Shown here piece after piece: positions 8,997 through 17,973 of a stretch of DNA of 50,998 nt (the stretch's first letter is position 1; the number at the start of each line of letters is the position of its first letter). Position numbers and translations under genes: made by a program. The notes under the pieces are model-generated. The model worked only from the letters and a program-made list of their open reading frames with translations, searched no databases and was not told the origin of the DNA. Origin of the DNA: a virus (taxonomy: Duplodnaviria; Caudoviricetes); the IMG/VR virus record IMGVR_UViG_3300042517_001594, positions 1 to 50,998 of that record, one strand, 5' to 3'.

Positions 8997-9303
8997 GTTT
9001 GCCCCCGGTCTGCTTTGTGCGGTGTTGCTGGATGGGCCCGTGCATCTCTTCGGCCACCCACTGGTAGACGCGCCGCACGCCGCCGTCGGCACCACGCACG
9101 TCCCACGTGCGCAGGTCGCCGGCATCCACCATCTGGCGCAGCGCACGCAACACGCTGTGGTTGGTCCCGTAGCGGGCCAGCCCAAGCGCCTGCAGGATGT
9201 CGCCGGTGCTCGCGGGCTTGCCGTGCTCGGCCAGCAGCGCACGCAGCATCGGGCGCCAGTCGCGCGTGGCGTTGCCTCCATCCCAACGGGATGCGCGGGT
9301 CAT
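8980..9303 (-). CDS. Winged-helix DNA-binding protein
   Basis: LRALLAEHGKPASTGDI...VLRALRQMVDAGDL...RVY. Confidence 0.7.
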   Translation of the reverse strand: MTRASRWDGGNATRDWRPMLRALLAEHGKPASTGDILQALGLARYGTNHSVLRALRQMVDAGDLRTWDVRGADGGVRRVYQWVAEEMHGPIQQHRTKQTGGKHARRL

Positions 9304-10217
9304 GCGTGCTCCATCACATGGCGAACCACGTGCGCTGCCATCGGTGGACACACGGCGTTGCCGAGCATGTGGATGTCCAGGCGGCGGTTACCGGTGAGGT
9401 GGTAGCCACCACCGAAGCCCATGGCGGCGCGGTATTCCTCCACGCGCAGCATCCGCATGCGGTCGCCGTCCACCACGGCCCAGCGGTCACGCGTGGTGAT
9501 GGTGCCGATGGGGCGCCGCAGGTCACGCCCCGTCAGACCGCTTCCCCCGCCGTAATAAGGCATGACAAAGCGCCGGCCGAACTGGGCGCGGCCGCGGGCC
9601 ACGCGCGCGAGTGTGTTGGGTGCGCGGCCTGGCCGGTCCACCAGCGACCACGTGCCGGCGCCCAGGTCCAGCACGTCCGCCACCGGTGCGTGGCGCGAAG
9701 TGCCTGGCGGAACAGGGAGCGGGGTGCGGCCGCGCACGCCCACCACAAAGAGGCGCGGGCGGTTCTGCGGCACGCCGGTGTCCGCGGCGTCCAGCACCTG
9801 CATGGAGAGCGCGTAGCCCAGCGCCTCCATGGCCATGCGCCACGCCGGGAACAGAACCCATTCCGCGTATGTCTCCACGTTCTCGACGACAAAGGCGTGC
9901 GGGCGGTGGCACTCGGCCGCGCTCACCACAGCCCACGCCGTGGCACGTGCCGCGTCATGGTGGGGCTTGTCTTTCCCGCGCGCGCGGCTGTGACCCTGGC
10001 AGGCTGGCGACGCCAGAAGCAGGTCGTGCCTCGGAACCTGGGTCCAGTCGGCCTGCTGCAGGTCCTGGCAGATGTGCTGCGTGTCCGGGTGGTTGTTGGC
10101 GTGCACCTGCACCGCGGTGGGCCAGTGGTTGGCAGCCCACGCCACATGCACGCCGGCCATGCGTGCGCCTTCCGTGAAGCCACCGGCGCCGGCAAAGAGG
10201 TCGATGGCGGTGGTCAT
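9300..10217 (-). CDS. C5-cytosine DNA methyltransferase (orphan)
   Basis: Motifs I DLFAGAGG, IV SPACQGHS, VI VENV, VIII QNRPRL, X GNAV. Confidence 0.95.
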   Translation of the reverse strand: MTTAIDLFAGAGGFTEGARMAGVHVAWAANHWPTAVQVHANNHPDTQHICQDLQQADWTQVPRHDLLLASPACQGHSRARGKDKPHHDAARATAWAVVSAAECHRPHAFVVENVETYAEWVLFPAWRMAMEALGYALSMQVLDAADTGVPQNRPRLFVVGVRGRTPLPVPPGTSRHAPVADVLDLGAGTWSLVDRPGRAPNTLARVARGRAQFGRRFVMPYYGGGSGLTGRDLRRPIGTITTRDRWAVVDGDRMRMLRVEEYRAAMGFGGGYHLTGNRRLDIHMLGNAVCPPMAAHVVRHVMEHA

Positions 10218-10507
10218 GCTGCCACCCGCGCTTCCCCGTCCAGGTTCAGCGGCAGCGCGCCGACCACGGTGTTGGCCTTCAGCCACGCGAGGCGTTCCAG
10301 CGCACCGCACTGGCGGGCCCGCCCCATGGAGCCCAACCACAGCGCCGCAGACACACCCGCGGCATCACAGTCCTCACGCGTGACGGTGAAGGTGACCGCG
10401 GCATCGCGCGCCGCGTGCCGCATGCTGCGCGCGTGACGGAGGCACTCCGCAACGGGCCTCGACGACATCCACGCCACATCCAGCGTTTCAATGGTGTGCG
10501 TCAGCAT
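10214..10507 (-). CDS. Hypothetical protein
   Basis: MLTHTIE start with AAGGA; coupled to the MTase. Confidence 0.6.
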   Translation of the reverse strand: MLTHTIETLDVAWMSSRPVAECLRHARSMRHAARDAAVTFTVTREDCDAAGVSAALWLGSMGRARQCGALERLAWLKANTVVGALPLNLDGEARVAA

Positions 10508-10664
10508 TTCCTTCACCCCTTGAGCAGCGTTGACCCGCTGCATGCGCGGCACTGACGAAAGAACAGACGCCCGAACGCCCACACCTCAGCGCACACCACG
10601 CGCTTGCGGGCACAGACGGAGCAGTGCGCGCGGTACGTCCGCGCGGGCTGGTGGACTCCGGGAC

Positions 10665-11087
10665 TCACCGCGGGCCCCGGTGGCTGGGTGCGGCGGGCAG
10701 GCGCATGTAACCGCTCTGCTCCCGCTCCATGTGCGCCATGAGCTCGTGAAACTCCTTGATGCTGTCCTCAATGGTCGCAAACGCGCGCGCCGGGTTCTTG
10801 CGTTCCTCCAGGATGCGGTCGCGCAGCTTCTCGGCCAGCAGGTGAATCTTCTTCACGGCCGCGCATCCGGCGTGCTTGGTGCAGTTGGGCCAGAAATCGC
10901 AGCGGCCCTTGCCCTCCACGTAGAAATGGCTCGGATGGATTTTCAGGATGGCGTCCAGCATCACCAGCGCCAGGTCCACCTGGACTTGCGCAAGCTCGCC
11001 GCGGTCACGGCGCAGCAGCGCGCGACGGCCACGGCCAGCAAGCGGGGACGCGGAGACAGCTTCCTTGAAGAGGACGGGGGCGCTCAT
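10665..11087 (-). CDS. Hypothetical protein (C/H cluster)
   Basis: Strong GC3 bias; ATGA coupling. Confidence 0.7.
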   Translation of the reverse strand: MSAPVLFKEAVSASPLAGRGRRALLRRDRGELAQVQVDLALVMLDAILKIHPSHFYVEGKGRCDFWPNCTKHAGCAAVKKIHLLAEKLRDRILEERKNPARAFATIEDSIKEFHELMAHMEREQSGYMRLPAAPSHRGPR

Positions 11088-11383
11088 GGTTCGTTCCTGT
11101 GTCCGTTGGGTGCATGCAGGTCTGCGCAACCTGTTGCGTGCTCGCCAGCAAAAAGGCTCGGCTGTTCCGGCGTGGCTTCCGCGCTGCGTGCAGCGGCTTC
11201 CGCAGCGTCTGCGGTGGCACCGGCCATGCGTGCCAGCGTGCGCGCTGTGCTGCGCAGCCGCGCGATGGATGCGGGGTCGCTGTGCCCCTTGAGCACGCGC
11301 GCCTCACGCAGCGCATCCAGCGCCAGCGACTCCAGCCACGTCGCATTCCAATGCCGCTGCTGCTGTGCCGGTGTTCTCCGCAT
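11084..11383 (-). CDS. Hypothetical protein with QPSLF clamp-binding-like motif
   Basis: 99 aa ORF coupled to the next gene. Confidence 0.55.
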   Translation of the reverse strand: MRRTPAQQQRHWNATWLESLALDALREARVLKGHSDPASIARLRSTARTLARMAGATADAAEAAARSAEATPEQPSLFAGEHATGCADLHAPNGHRNEP

Positions 11384-11496
11384 CGTTCACCCCGCTGATG
11401 TCAGTGTGTTGTGACACTGAAAGCATGTCCCGTGTTGCAGGCACAAAACCGCGTCACACTCTGGTGTGGATGTTGTGCGTGTCGTCGGAGCTTGGC

Positions 11497-12867
11497 TTAT
11501 TCGTCGTTGGACGCTTTGAGCGCCAAGCTGGCCCGCAGCGCTTCCACGAGATCTTGCGGGGGAGGCTCGGTGGTGGCGGCCTGGCGTTCCCGCAGTGCGC
11601 GTGCCTCAGCGGGCGTCATCACCGTGGGTACCTGGCTCTCGCGCTCCAGCATCCCGCCGGCCTCGCGGATGCGCTGCATGATGCGGCGCTTCACCTCCGC
11701 GCCCTTGCCCTTCTTGACGAGCGGCGGCGTCATCCGCTGCGCCTCCTGCACCGCGGCGTCCACGCCGCCCTTGGTGATGGTCGTCTCCACCACAATGGCA
11801 CCGGCCGCCGCGGCGCCCAGCTCTTCGCGCACAATGGGTTCCGCAATGGCGCCGATGATGTGCTCCCGCTTGGACCGGCGCATCACCAGCACCTTGTCGC
11901 CCAGGTGCACATCCTCGGTGGCGCATAGCGCGTTCTGCTCGGCAATAACGTCGTTGGCCACCGAGCGCATGCGCTCCGCCAGCGCGCGCGCCCTGCCCAT
12001 CATGTCCGGCGTGATGGTCGCCGTTGCGGGGTCCTGCCCGTTCAGGAGCGCCCACATGCGCGCCACCACCAGCGCGGGAGACGTGTTGCCCTGTTCTGCC
12101 GCCACGAACGTGGCGGACAGGCCCACATGTGCGGGGCATCCCTTGCGCGCGCGGCAGTGCCTGCAGTGGTCCCCTGGACGGATGTGCTCCGGGCCCACCG
12201 TCACCACCTGGCGCGCGCGCTCCACGCGCTGCAGCCAGTCCAGCCGCCACAACTCCAGGTCGAAGCGGTCCCACACGTGCTGGATGCGCCGGTGCGGATT
12301 CTCCGCCAGCCGGATTTCCTCCGACGTCACCGTGTCGGCGCCCGGGAACAGGTCCGCCACCACGCATGCACCGGCCATCAGCTGGTGGATGTGGTTCCCC
12401 GGCAGGAACCCGCGCTTGTAGTCGGCGTGGTACGGCACCGACTCCCCGCGCACGTCCAGCGTCATCGGCACCTCGGTGGCGGTGAGGTTTGCCGCCGCGT
12501 AGCGCCCGCGCGGGTCATCGTTGTTGGGCGCGGGGATGCGGCGCGCCCGTCCGGTGCGGAGGTCCAGGGCCCACGATTCCTCCGTGACGTACCCAAGGCC
12601 CAGGGGCAGCTGGTCCAGACCCAGCGCTGCGCATGCATCCCGCCATTCCGCGGGAACCTCACGCAGCGCCAGCGAGTAGGCCATGCCCGCCTGCGGACCC
12701 TGCAGCGCGTTGCCGTACAGCTCCAGGAATCGATGCACCGCGGTGCCCAGGTCTGCCCATGGGCTGGATTCATCGGGCCACTGGGTGAGCAGCGCGGCGG
12801 CCAGGCATGCGGCGAAACGGTCCAGGCTGCTGGCGGAAGGGAGGATGGGCAGGCGGGTGGTGGACAT
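11497..12867 (-). CDS. Cas4-like / RecB-family PD-(D/E)XK exonuclease
   Basis: SASSL...C, GTAVH..LE, DYKRG, QL, PG.HC..C.....CP; lies near the annealase gene. Confidence 0.85.
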   Translation of the reverse strand: MSTTRLPILPSASSLDRFAACLAAALLTQWPDESSPWADLGTAVHRFLELYGNALQGPQAGMAYSLALREVPAEWRDACAALGLDQLPLGLGYVTEESWALDLRTGRARRIPAPNNDDPRGRYAAANLTATEVPMTLDVRGESVPYHADYKRGFLPGNHIHQLMAGACVVADLFPGADTVTSEEIRLAENPHRRIQHVWDRFDLELWRLDWLQRVERARQVVTVGPEHIRPGDHCRHCRARKGCPAHVGLSATFVAAEQGNTSPALVVARMWALLNGQDPATATITPDMMGRARALAERMRSVANDVIAEQNALCATEDVHLGDKVLVMRRSKREHIIGAIAEPIVREELGAAAAGAIVVETTITKGGVDAAVQEAQRMTPPLVKKGKGAEVKRRIMQRIREAGGMLERESQVPTVMTPAEARALRERQAATTEPPPQDLVEALRASLALKASNDE

Positions 12868-12933
12868 GGCTTGTCTCGCACGGCGCGCTGGGCGCCGTTG
12901 TGGTGTGCTCTGCGGTGGGTGTGGGCGGTGCGG

Positions 12934-13956
12934 TTACGTGCGTTCGCGCAGGTGCGCGAGGATGTGGCCGACGGCCGTTGCTGGGGCGTGGAACTTCAAT
13001 GCAGCCTCAGCAAGCTCCAGGTGGTCCACCTTCGGGGGCCCCGCTGCCGGCCCTTCGCCACCCGCCTCGTCGCTCCCCTGCGGAGCTCGGTTGTGCCCGT
13101 AGTAGGACATCATCTTGTCCCGCAGCATCGCGTCCCACTTCGCCTCCGCCTCCTGCTTGCTCAGTGTCTTCACCTGCTGAACGGTGATGCCGGCGGGCGC
13201 TTCCACTGCATCACGCGGGTCCGGCGGCACCGGCACGCCCATCAGCATCCGCTCCACCACCGCGCGGGCCTCGTCACAGGCTTTGATGGCGGTGTTTGCG
13301 TAGGTGCCTCTTGCCAACACCGCGTCTCCTGCCGCCTTAATGAGCGCGCGCAAGGGACGGTCCGTTTCTTCCTTGGTCCACGTGCGCTGCGCCTGTTGCT
13401 GCGCCGGCACGCCCATCAGCGCGTTTACAATGGCGTCGCCTGCGACCTCGGCATCGACCATCGCCGCGGCAAGAAAGGGGTCGCCCACTTTCATTTCACC
13501 CCACTTCGCCCACGCCTCATCCAACTTGTCGCGCAGCGCCTCCGCCTCTTCGCGCGTGTACGTGCGCGCGGGCTGCACGGTGATGCCGGCGGAGTCCAGC
13601 GCGGCAAGGGCGTCAATGACGCCTCTCGTGGTGACGGCTCTGTCGTGCAGGTTCACCGCATCACGCATGGCGCGGACAGCCATCACCACGTCCGCCACCA
13701 GCTTGTGCGCGGGGACGGTGCGCGCGACGGCGAGGTCCGCCTCCAGTTCCTTGATGCGCGCCTTCAGTTTGCCAAGCACCTCCGCATCTTCGTCGCCTTC
13801 CGTGTGCATCAAGTCCACGGCCCTCTGCAGTTCCTTCACGCGGTCCTCAGCGAACCGCGCCCGGATGATGCTGTTGGCGTTCTTCGCCGCATACATGTTC
13901 GCTTCGCGGCGGTCTGCGCTGATGTCTTCTGGCTTCGGCTGAATCGCGGTGAACAT
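12934..13956 (-). CDS. Mosaic hypothetical protein with internal repeats
   Basis: AGITVQ and LMGVP segments each occur twice. Confidence 0.7.
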   Translation of the reverse strand: MFTAIQPKPEDISADRREANMYAAKNANSIIRARFAEDRVKELQRAVDLMHTEGDEDAEVLGKLKARIKELEADLAVARTVPAHKLVADVVMAVRAMRDAVNLHDRAVTTRGVIDALAALDSAGITVQPARTYTREEAEALRDKLDEAWAKWGEMKVGDPFLAAAMVDAEVAGDAIVNALMGVPAQQQAQRTWTKEETDRPLRALIKAAGDAVLARGTYANTAIKACDEARAVVERMLMGVPVPPDPRDAVEAPAGITVQQVKTLSKQEAEAKWDAMLRDKMMSYYGHNRAPQGSDEAGGEGPAAGPPKVDHLELAEAALKFHAPATAVGHILAHLRERT

Positions 13957-13959
13957 GGC

Positions 13960-14439
13960 TCACTCCCCTTCCGCCAGCGTCAACGTGCGGTTGGTGGTCT
14001 TTCCATCGGCCACCACGCGGCCCTCTGCCATCAGCCGCTGCAGCTCGGTGCGGTGCTGCGGGCCCGGTCCGGACTTGAGGCCACACGCGGCCCACAGTTT
14101 CTTTGGGCTGCACGGCGCATGCGCCCTCAGCGCGGTGATGATGCGGTCAGCGATGCCGCCGTTGGCCACGCGCCCACCGCGCGCCGGCGCCTCAGGCTCG
14201 CGCGCCTTGGGCTTCGCGCGCTTGCGTGCGGGCCCGGCATCCTCCTGGTCGGCGTCCCCATCCACGGTGCCCGGAGCGACGAACGGCGCAGGGTCAACAG
14301 CCGAGTGCGCCTGTGTCTGTGCCTGGTCCAACACAAACAGCAGGAGCTTCTCCCGCGTGGCAGCCAGCTCCACCCCGCCGGACACCGTCACCGTCAGGGC
14401 GCCGTCCGTGTCCACACTGTGCATGATGTGCGTGCTCAT
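13960..14439 (-). CDS. Protein with C-terminal winged-helix domain
   Basis: IITALRAHAPCSPKKL...LQRLMAEGRV..G.T..R. Confidence 0.65.
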   Translation of the reverse strand: MSTHIMHSVDTDGALTVTVSGGVELAATREKLLLFVLDQAQTQAHSAVDPAPFVAPGTVDGDADQEDAGPARKRAKPKAREPEAPARGGRVANGGIADRIITALRAHAPCSPKKLWAACGLKSGPGPQHRTELQRLMAEGRVVADGKTTNRTLTLAEGE

Positions 14440-14621
14440 TCCGTCCACCTGCCTCCCGCGGCGTTGTCCGCGTTCTCTTTGAGGGTTGAGTCATCCAGGG
14501 CATCCCGCACCGCGTCGTGCGCCGCCTGGTACCTGTCCGGGTCCAGCCGCACCGCGCGCACCAGCTGGTCCAGCGCGGCCTGCGCATGCTGCCGGGCCTT
14601 GAGTTCGTGCTCCACGCTCAC
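14436..14621 (-). CDS. Small hypothetical protein
   Basis: 4-bp overlaps on both sides. Confidence 0.6.
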   Translation of the reverse strand: MSVEHELKARQHAQAALDQLVRAVRLDPDRYQAAHDAVRDALDDSTLKENADNAAGGRWTE

Positions 14622-15571
14622 GGTGCACCGCCGGTCTGCTGCTCCCTGGCAAAGCGCTCCAGGTCCGCGAGCTCCGCGCGGCGGCGCTTGCCCGCCGCCA
14701 CCAGCGCGTTGCGCGCGTCACCCGCAGGCCAGCCCGCCACCTCACGCAGCAGCGCGGAACCACCGTTGGCGGTGGCGTCCATGTCCTCCGCAGTGGCGGT
14801 GCGGATGCGCTCTAGAAGCGCCGCCACGCGCGACTGCTCGTCGTCGGACGGCGGCGCGGGCGCAGCGGTTGCGGCGGGCGGCGCCGGCGTTGGGGCCGGG
14901 GGTGCGGTGGGTGGAAGCACCTCGGCCTGTGTATCCACCGTGGCGGGCTCGTCGTTGGCGGGCGCGCCACCACCACCGGCCATCACTGGCGCCGCGTCCA
15001 CGGTGGTGGCGCTCCGGTCCAGTTCGTCCGGGTCGTACACGCCGCCCACCACATCGGGGTACACCGCACGGGCAAGCGCTGCGGAACAACGCGCGCGCAG
15101 CATGGCGGCGGGATACGCCTTCCAAGGTCCACGCCCAGTGAGGCCCGCGGCCTGGGCTTCCTTGAACGTGAAAGTCATCCGCGTGGGCGCAGGCTCGCCG
15201 TCACGCAGGGTCTCATAGGCGGCCTGGGTGGCGCTGGACTCCACCAGTCGGAAGTAGCGGCAGGCCTTGGAGCGCTTCACCAGGCCCACCATCATGTCCG
15301 CGGAGAGCGTGGGCTTGCCGTCGATGATGTGGATGCCGCCAATGGATTGCATCGGGGAGAGGCCCAGCTCGCGGCCCTTCATCATCACCAGGATGAGGTC
15401 CGCGGGCTTCTGGCGGAGCGCCTGGGGCAGCAGCTGGGCGCTGGCCATCTGCTCCGCCATCACCATGAGCTGAGTGAAGTTCTCCGCCTCAAACGGGATG
15501 ATGGACGCGGAAAGCGCCATGCTGGTGCTCGGGTTGCTCGGGCTCGTGCGGGTCAGTGCGGTGGTGGTCAT
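14618..15571 (-). CDS. RecT/Redbeta-like single-strand annealing protein
   Basis: GRELGLSPMQS...I.IIDGKP, W..YP..ML.AR....AR..YPDV..GVY..DEL. Confidence 0.88.
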   Translation of the reverse strand: MTTTALTRTSPSNPSTSMALSASIIPFEAENFTQLMVMAEQMASAQLLPQALRQKPADLILVMMKGRELGLSPMQSIGGIHIIDGKPTLSADMMVGLVKRSKACRYFRLVESSATQAAYETLRDGEPAPTRMTFTFKEAQAAGLTGRGPWKAYPAAMLRARCSAALARAVYPDVVGGVYDPDELDRSATTVDAAPVMAGGGGAPANDEPATVDTQAEVLPPTAPPAPTPAPPAATAAPAPPSDDEQSRVAALLERIRTATAEDMDATANGGSALLREVAGWPAGDARNALVAAGKRRRAELADLERFAREQQTGGAP

Positions 15572-15730
15572 CGTCTCGTCTCCATCGCGCGCCGCGCGCG
15601 CTGTGTGCCCTGCTGCAGGGCTGAGAGGTGGTGCGGTGCGGGGTTTGTTGTGGTCCAGGTTCCACGCCGGCCACAGTGCACGGTCACCACCGCCCAGCCC
15701 GGGGACCTCACGGTCCGCGGGTGGTGCTGC

Positions 15731-16171
15731 TCAGAACGGGATGTCGTCGTCACTCAGCGGCGGCCAGTCATCCAGCGAGGACCCGCCAGCAGCGGGTGCG
15801 GCCGCTGCGGGGCGCGCACCGCCACCCGACTTGCCCGCGCCATCGCCGCCACCCAGGAACAGCACCTGGTTGCAGATGACCTCGGTGGAGTAACGCTTGT
15901 TGCCGTCCTTGTCGTTCCACTCGCGCGTCTGCAGGCGGCCCTCGGCGTACACCTGCCGGCCCTTCTGCAGGTACTGGCCGGCGTTCTCCGCGGTCTTGCC
16001 GAAGCACACCAAGGAAACCCATTCAGTGGTGTCCTTCCATTCGTCCTTCACCTTCACGCGCTCGGTGCACGCCACGCGCAGATTGGCCACGGCCGTGCCG
16101 CCTGCCGTGAAGCGCACTTCCGGGTCCTTGCCGAGATTCCCCACCAGACTCACCTTCGCAAAACCAGCCAT
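15731..16171 (-). CDS. ssb: Single-stranded DNA-binding protein
   Basis: LVGNLGKDPEVR, YLQKGRQVYAEGRLQTREW, acidic tail DDDIPF. Confidence 0.97.
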   Translation of the reverse strand: MAGFAKVSLVGNLGKDPEVRFTAGGTAVANLRVACTERVKVKDEWKDTTEWVSLVCFGKTAENAGQYLQKGRQVYAEGRLQTREWNDKDGNKRYSTEVICNQVLFLGGGDGAGKSGGGARPAAAAPAAGGSSLDDWPPLSDDDIPF

Positions 16172-16446
16172 CACACGCCTCCGTTCCGTTGTTGGTTTCC
16201 ACCCACCATCAGGCGCACCACGCTGGCGGCGCTCAGCCGTCCGCCGTGGACCACGCCGCACACCACGCACCACGCCACGCGCACCGGGAGCGGCCCGCCG
16301 CCCACCTGCTGCCCGCGGCAGGTCAGAATCGCGCGGTGCGCGTCCAGCACCACCATGGCGCCGCCGCATGACGTGCAGGCCTCCGGCGGCGGCGCGGCCA
16401 CCAGCACCGGGGGCAGGCGGCCACCGCCCTGCGGGTCACGCTGCAT
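16171..16446 (-). CDS. Small zinc-finger protein
   Basis: CTSCGG...CVVCG; stop coupled to the ssb start. Confidence 0.55.
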   Translation of the reverse strand: MQRDPQGGGRLPPVLVAAPPPEACTSCGGAMVVLDAHRAILTCRGQQVGGGPLPVRVAWCVVCGVVHGGRLSAASVVRLMVGGNQQRNGGV

Positions 16447-16642
16447 GGTGTGCCTCCGCATCCAGGCGGGCGACGCACGCGCGTACGGCTTCCCACGCTG
16501 CTTCCTGCGTGAGCGCGCGGCTGTTCACCGTGCGGAAATCCACGGACACGGTCCAGCGCCAAACGCGGTCCGTCTCGTCGAACACCACCCGCAGCGTCGC
16601 CAGCCTGGCGTGGCGCGGGGCCGTGATGGTGACGCGGCTCAT
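16436..16642 (-). CDS. Small hypothetical protein
   Basis: Coupled ORF in the operon. Confidence 0.6.
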   Translation of the reverse strand: MSRVTITAPRHARLATLRVVFDETDRVWRWTVSVDFRTVNSRALTQEAAWEAVRACVARLDAEAHHAA

Positions 16643-17391
16643 GCGGCGCTCCGCACATGGATGAGCTTGGTGCGGCGTTCGTCGTCCCCAACTCGCTTCA
16701 TGTAGTGCTTGCGGCGCATGGTCGGCGTAATGGCCTCGCCGCAGTGCCCGAACTGGTCCTCGGTGCCGGCCTTGCAGGCCACGTCGCCGTAGACGCCCAT
16801 GTGTGACGCGGGTCCCTCAATGCCAAGGGGGTGTATCCACGCCTCGGCACTGCAGTTCCCGCAACGGTAGAGGGTAGCAAGGCCCCAGCGCTGGTCGTCG
16901 GCGTGGCGCAGTGAGCCCGGGCACTCGCACGGGACGCCGCGCATCAGGTCACGCGCAGCGGCATCCACCTGCGTCATGCACTCCGTACACGCGCCGCAGT
17001 CGCCACCCGTGGGGCCACCAAACGCCCCCATCAGATTGTCAAAGCGCATGACAAAGAAGTGGTCCGGCTCATACTCGTAGCCACCGAGCACGCCCGGCTT
17101 TGGCTGCGCCCGGCCACTGCGACCGCGGTAGGTCTCTGGCTTGCGTCCGCAGCACCCGCAGCTTCCGAGGCGCAGGCTGCGGTGGCGCACCACCTGGTTG
17201 ACGCGGCACAACTCGGTGACGTTCCACGCGCGCTCCGCAATGCCGCGTGGGAGGTCCGGGCGGGACAACACAAACGCCTCGCGCTCCACCATGCGCTCAA
17301 GTGAGCGGCGGCCAGCGGGGTCCATCGGCACGCCAGCGGACAACAGCGCGGCGGCATCCGTGGGTGAAAGCTGAAGAGTCACGGCGCTCAT
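16639..17391 (-). CDS. Cys-rich hypothetical protein
   Basis: CGCC, CTEC, CGNC motifs; ATGA coupling with GGAGG. Confidence 0.65.
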   Translation of the reverse strand: MSAVTLQLSPTDAAALLSAGVPMDPAGRRSLERMVEREAFVLSRPDLPRGIAERAWNVTELCRVNQVVRHRSLRLGSCGCCGRKPETYRGRSGRAQPKPGVLGGYEYEPDHFFVMRFDNLMGAFGGPTGGDCGACTECMTQVDAAARDLMRGVPCECPGSLRHADDQRWGLATLYRCGNCSAEAWIHPLGIEGPASHMGVYGDVACKAGTEDQFGHCGEAITPTMRRKHYMKRVGDDERRTKLIHVRSAA

Positions 17392-17879
17392 GCAGCCTCC
17401 CGGCGCCCAGCGAGACGGCGCGGCTTCGCAGCCACCCACGCAGCCACAATGGCCTCCAGGGCGCGCAGGTCCAGCACGCCTTCGTCCTCCTGCGAGAATC
17501 GGTGCGCCTCCCAGGAGGCGTCACCGAACGCCTGCTCCAGCTCCGGGACGCCGCCGGTGCACCATGCGGACGGGACGCGCGGCTTCGCAGGGGCCAAGCC
17601 CGCGGCTGCCGCCTCACGCCACGCGCGTGACCGGGCGCCGCGCGGGAGCGGCTGCACGCTGGCCATGGTCCTGTGCAGCACGTCCACCAAGCGCGCGCGC
17701 ATTTCGGAGGCCTCGGCCCGGGCGGCGGACAGGCGTGCCTCCGCCGTCTGCAGCTCGGCCACCGTGCACCCGCGGGCCAGCACGCGGCTCACGTCCTCTG
17801 CGGCCCAGGACAGGCGGCGCTCGGCCCAATGCAGCGTGCTGCGGGCGCGGTCGGTGTCGGTGAGGGATGTGCTGCGCAT
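17388..17879 (-). CDS. Hypothetical protein
   Basis: AGGAG RBS; helical N-terminal half. Confidence 0.65.
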   Translation of the reverse strand: MRSTSLTDTDRARSTLHWAERRLSWAAEDVSRVLARGCTVAELQTAEARLSAARAEASEMRARLVDVLHRTMASVQPLPRGARSRAWREAAAAGLAPAKPRVPSAWCTGGVPELEQAFGDASWEAHRFSQEDEGVLDLRALEAIVAAWVAAKPRRLAGRREAA

Positions 17880-17973
17880 GGCGTCTCCTGGATAGGCAAC
17901 GGGTCTGCGTGACCCGCGGAGTGGAAGGAAGGGGGCAGCGCGCGTGCACCGCCCCGCAATCTGGTGCGGATGC

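Noticed and set aside
10550-10580. Hammerhead ribozyme core (CTGACGA...GAA)
   Set aside because: No stem II or GAAA, and no flanking helices
11497-12867. CRISPR-Cas system suggested by the Cas4-like nuclease
   Set aside because: No repeat-spacer array or other cas genes seen; the context is a RecT/SSB recombination module
12127-15141. Very long opposite-strand ORFs (also 24159-27149, 28735-31608, 37890-40307, 5688-7379)
   Set aside because: Shadow ORFs antisense to well-supported genes, expected in high-GC DNA; no motifs
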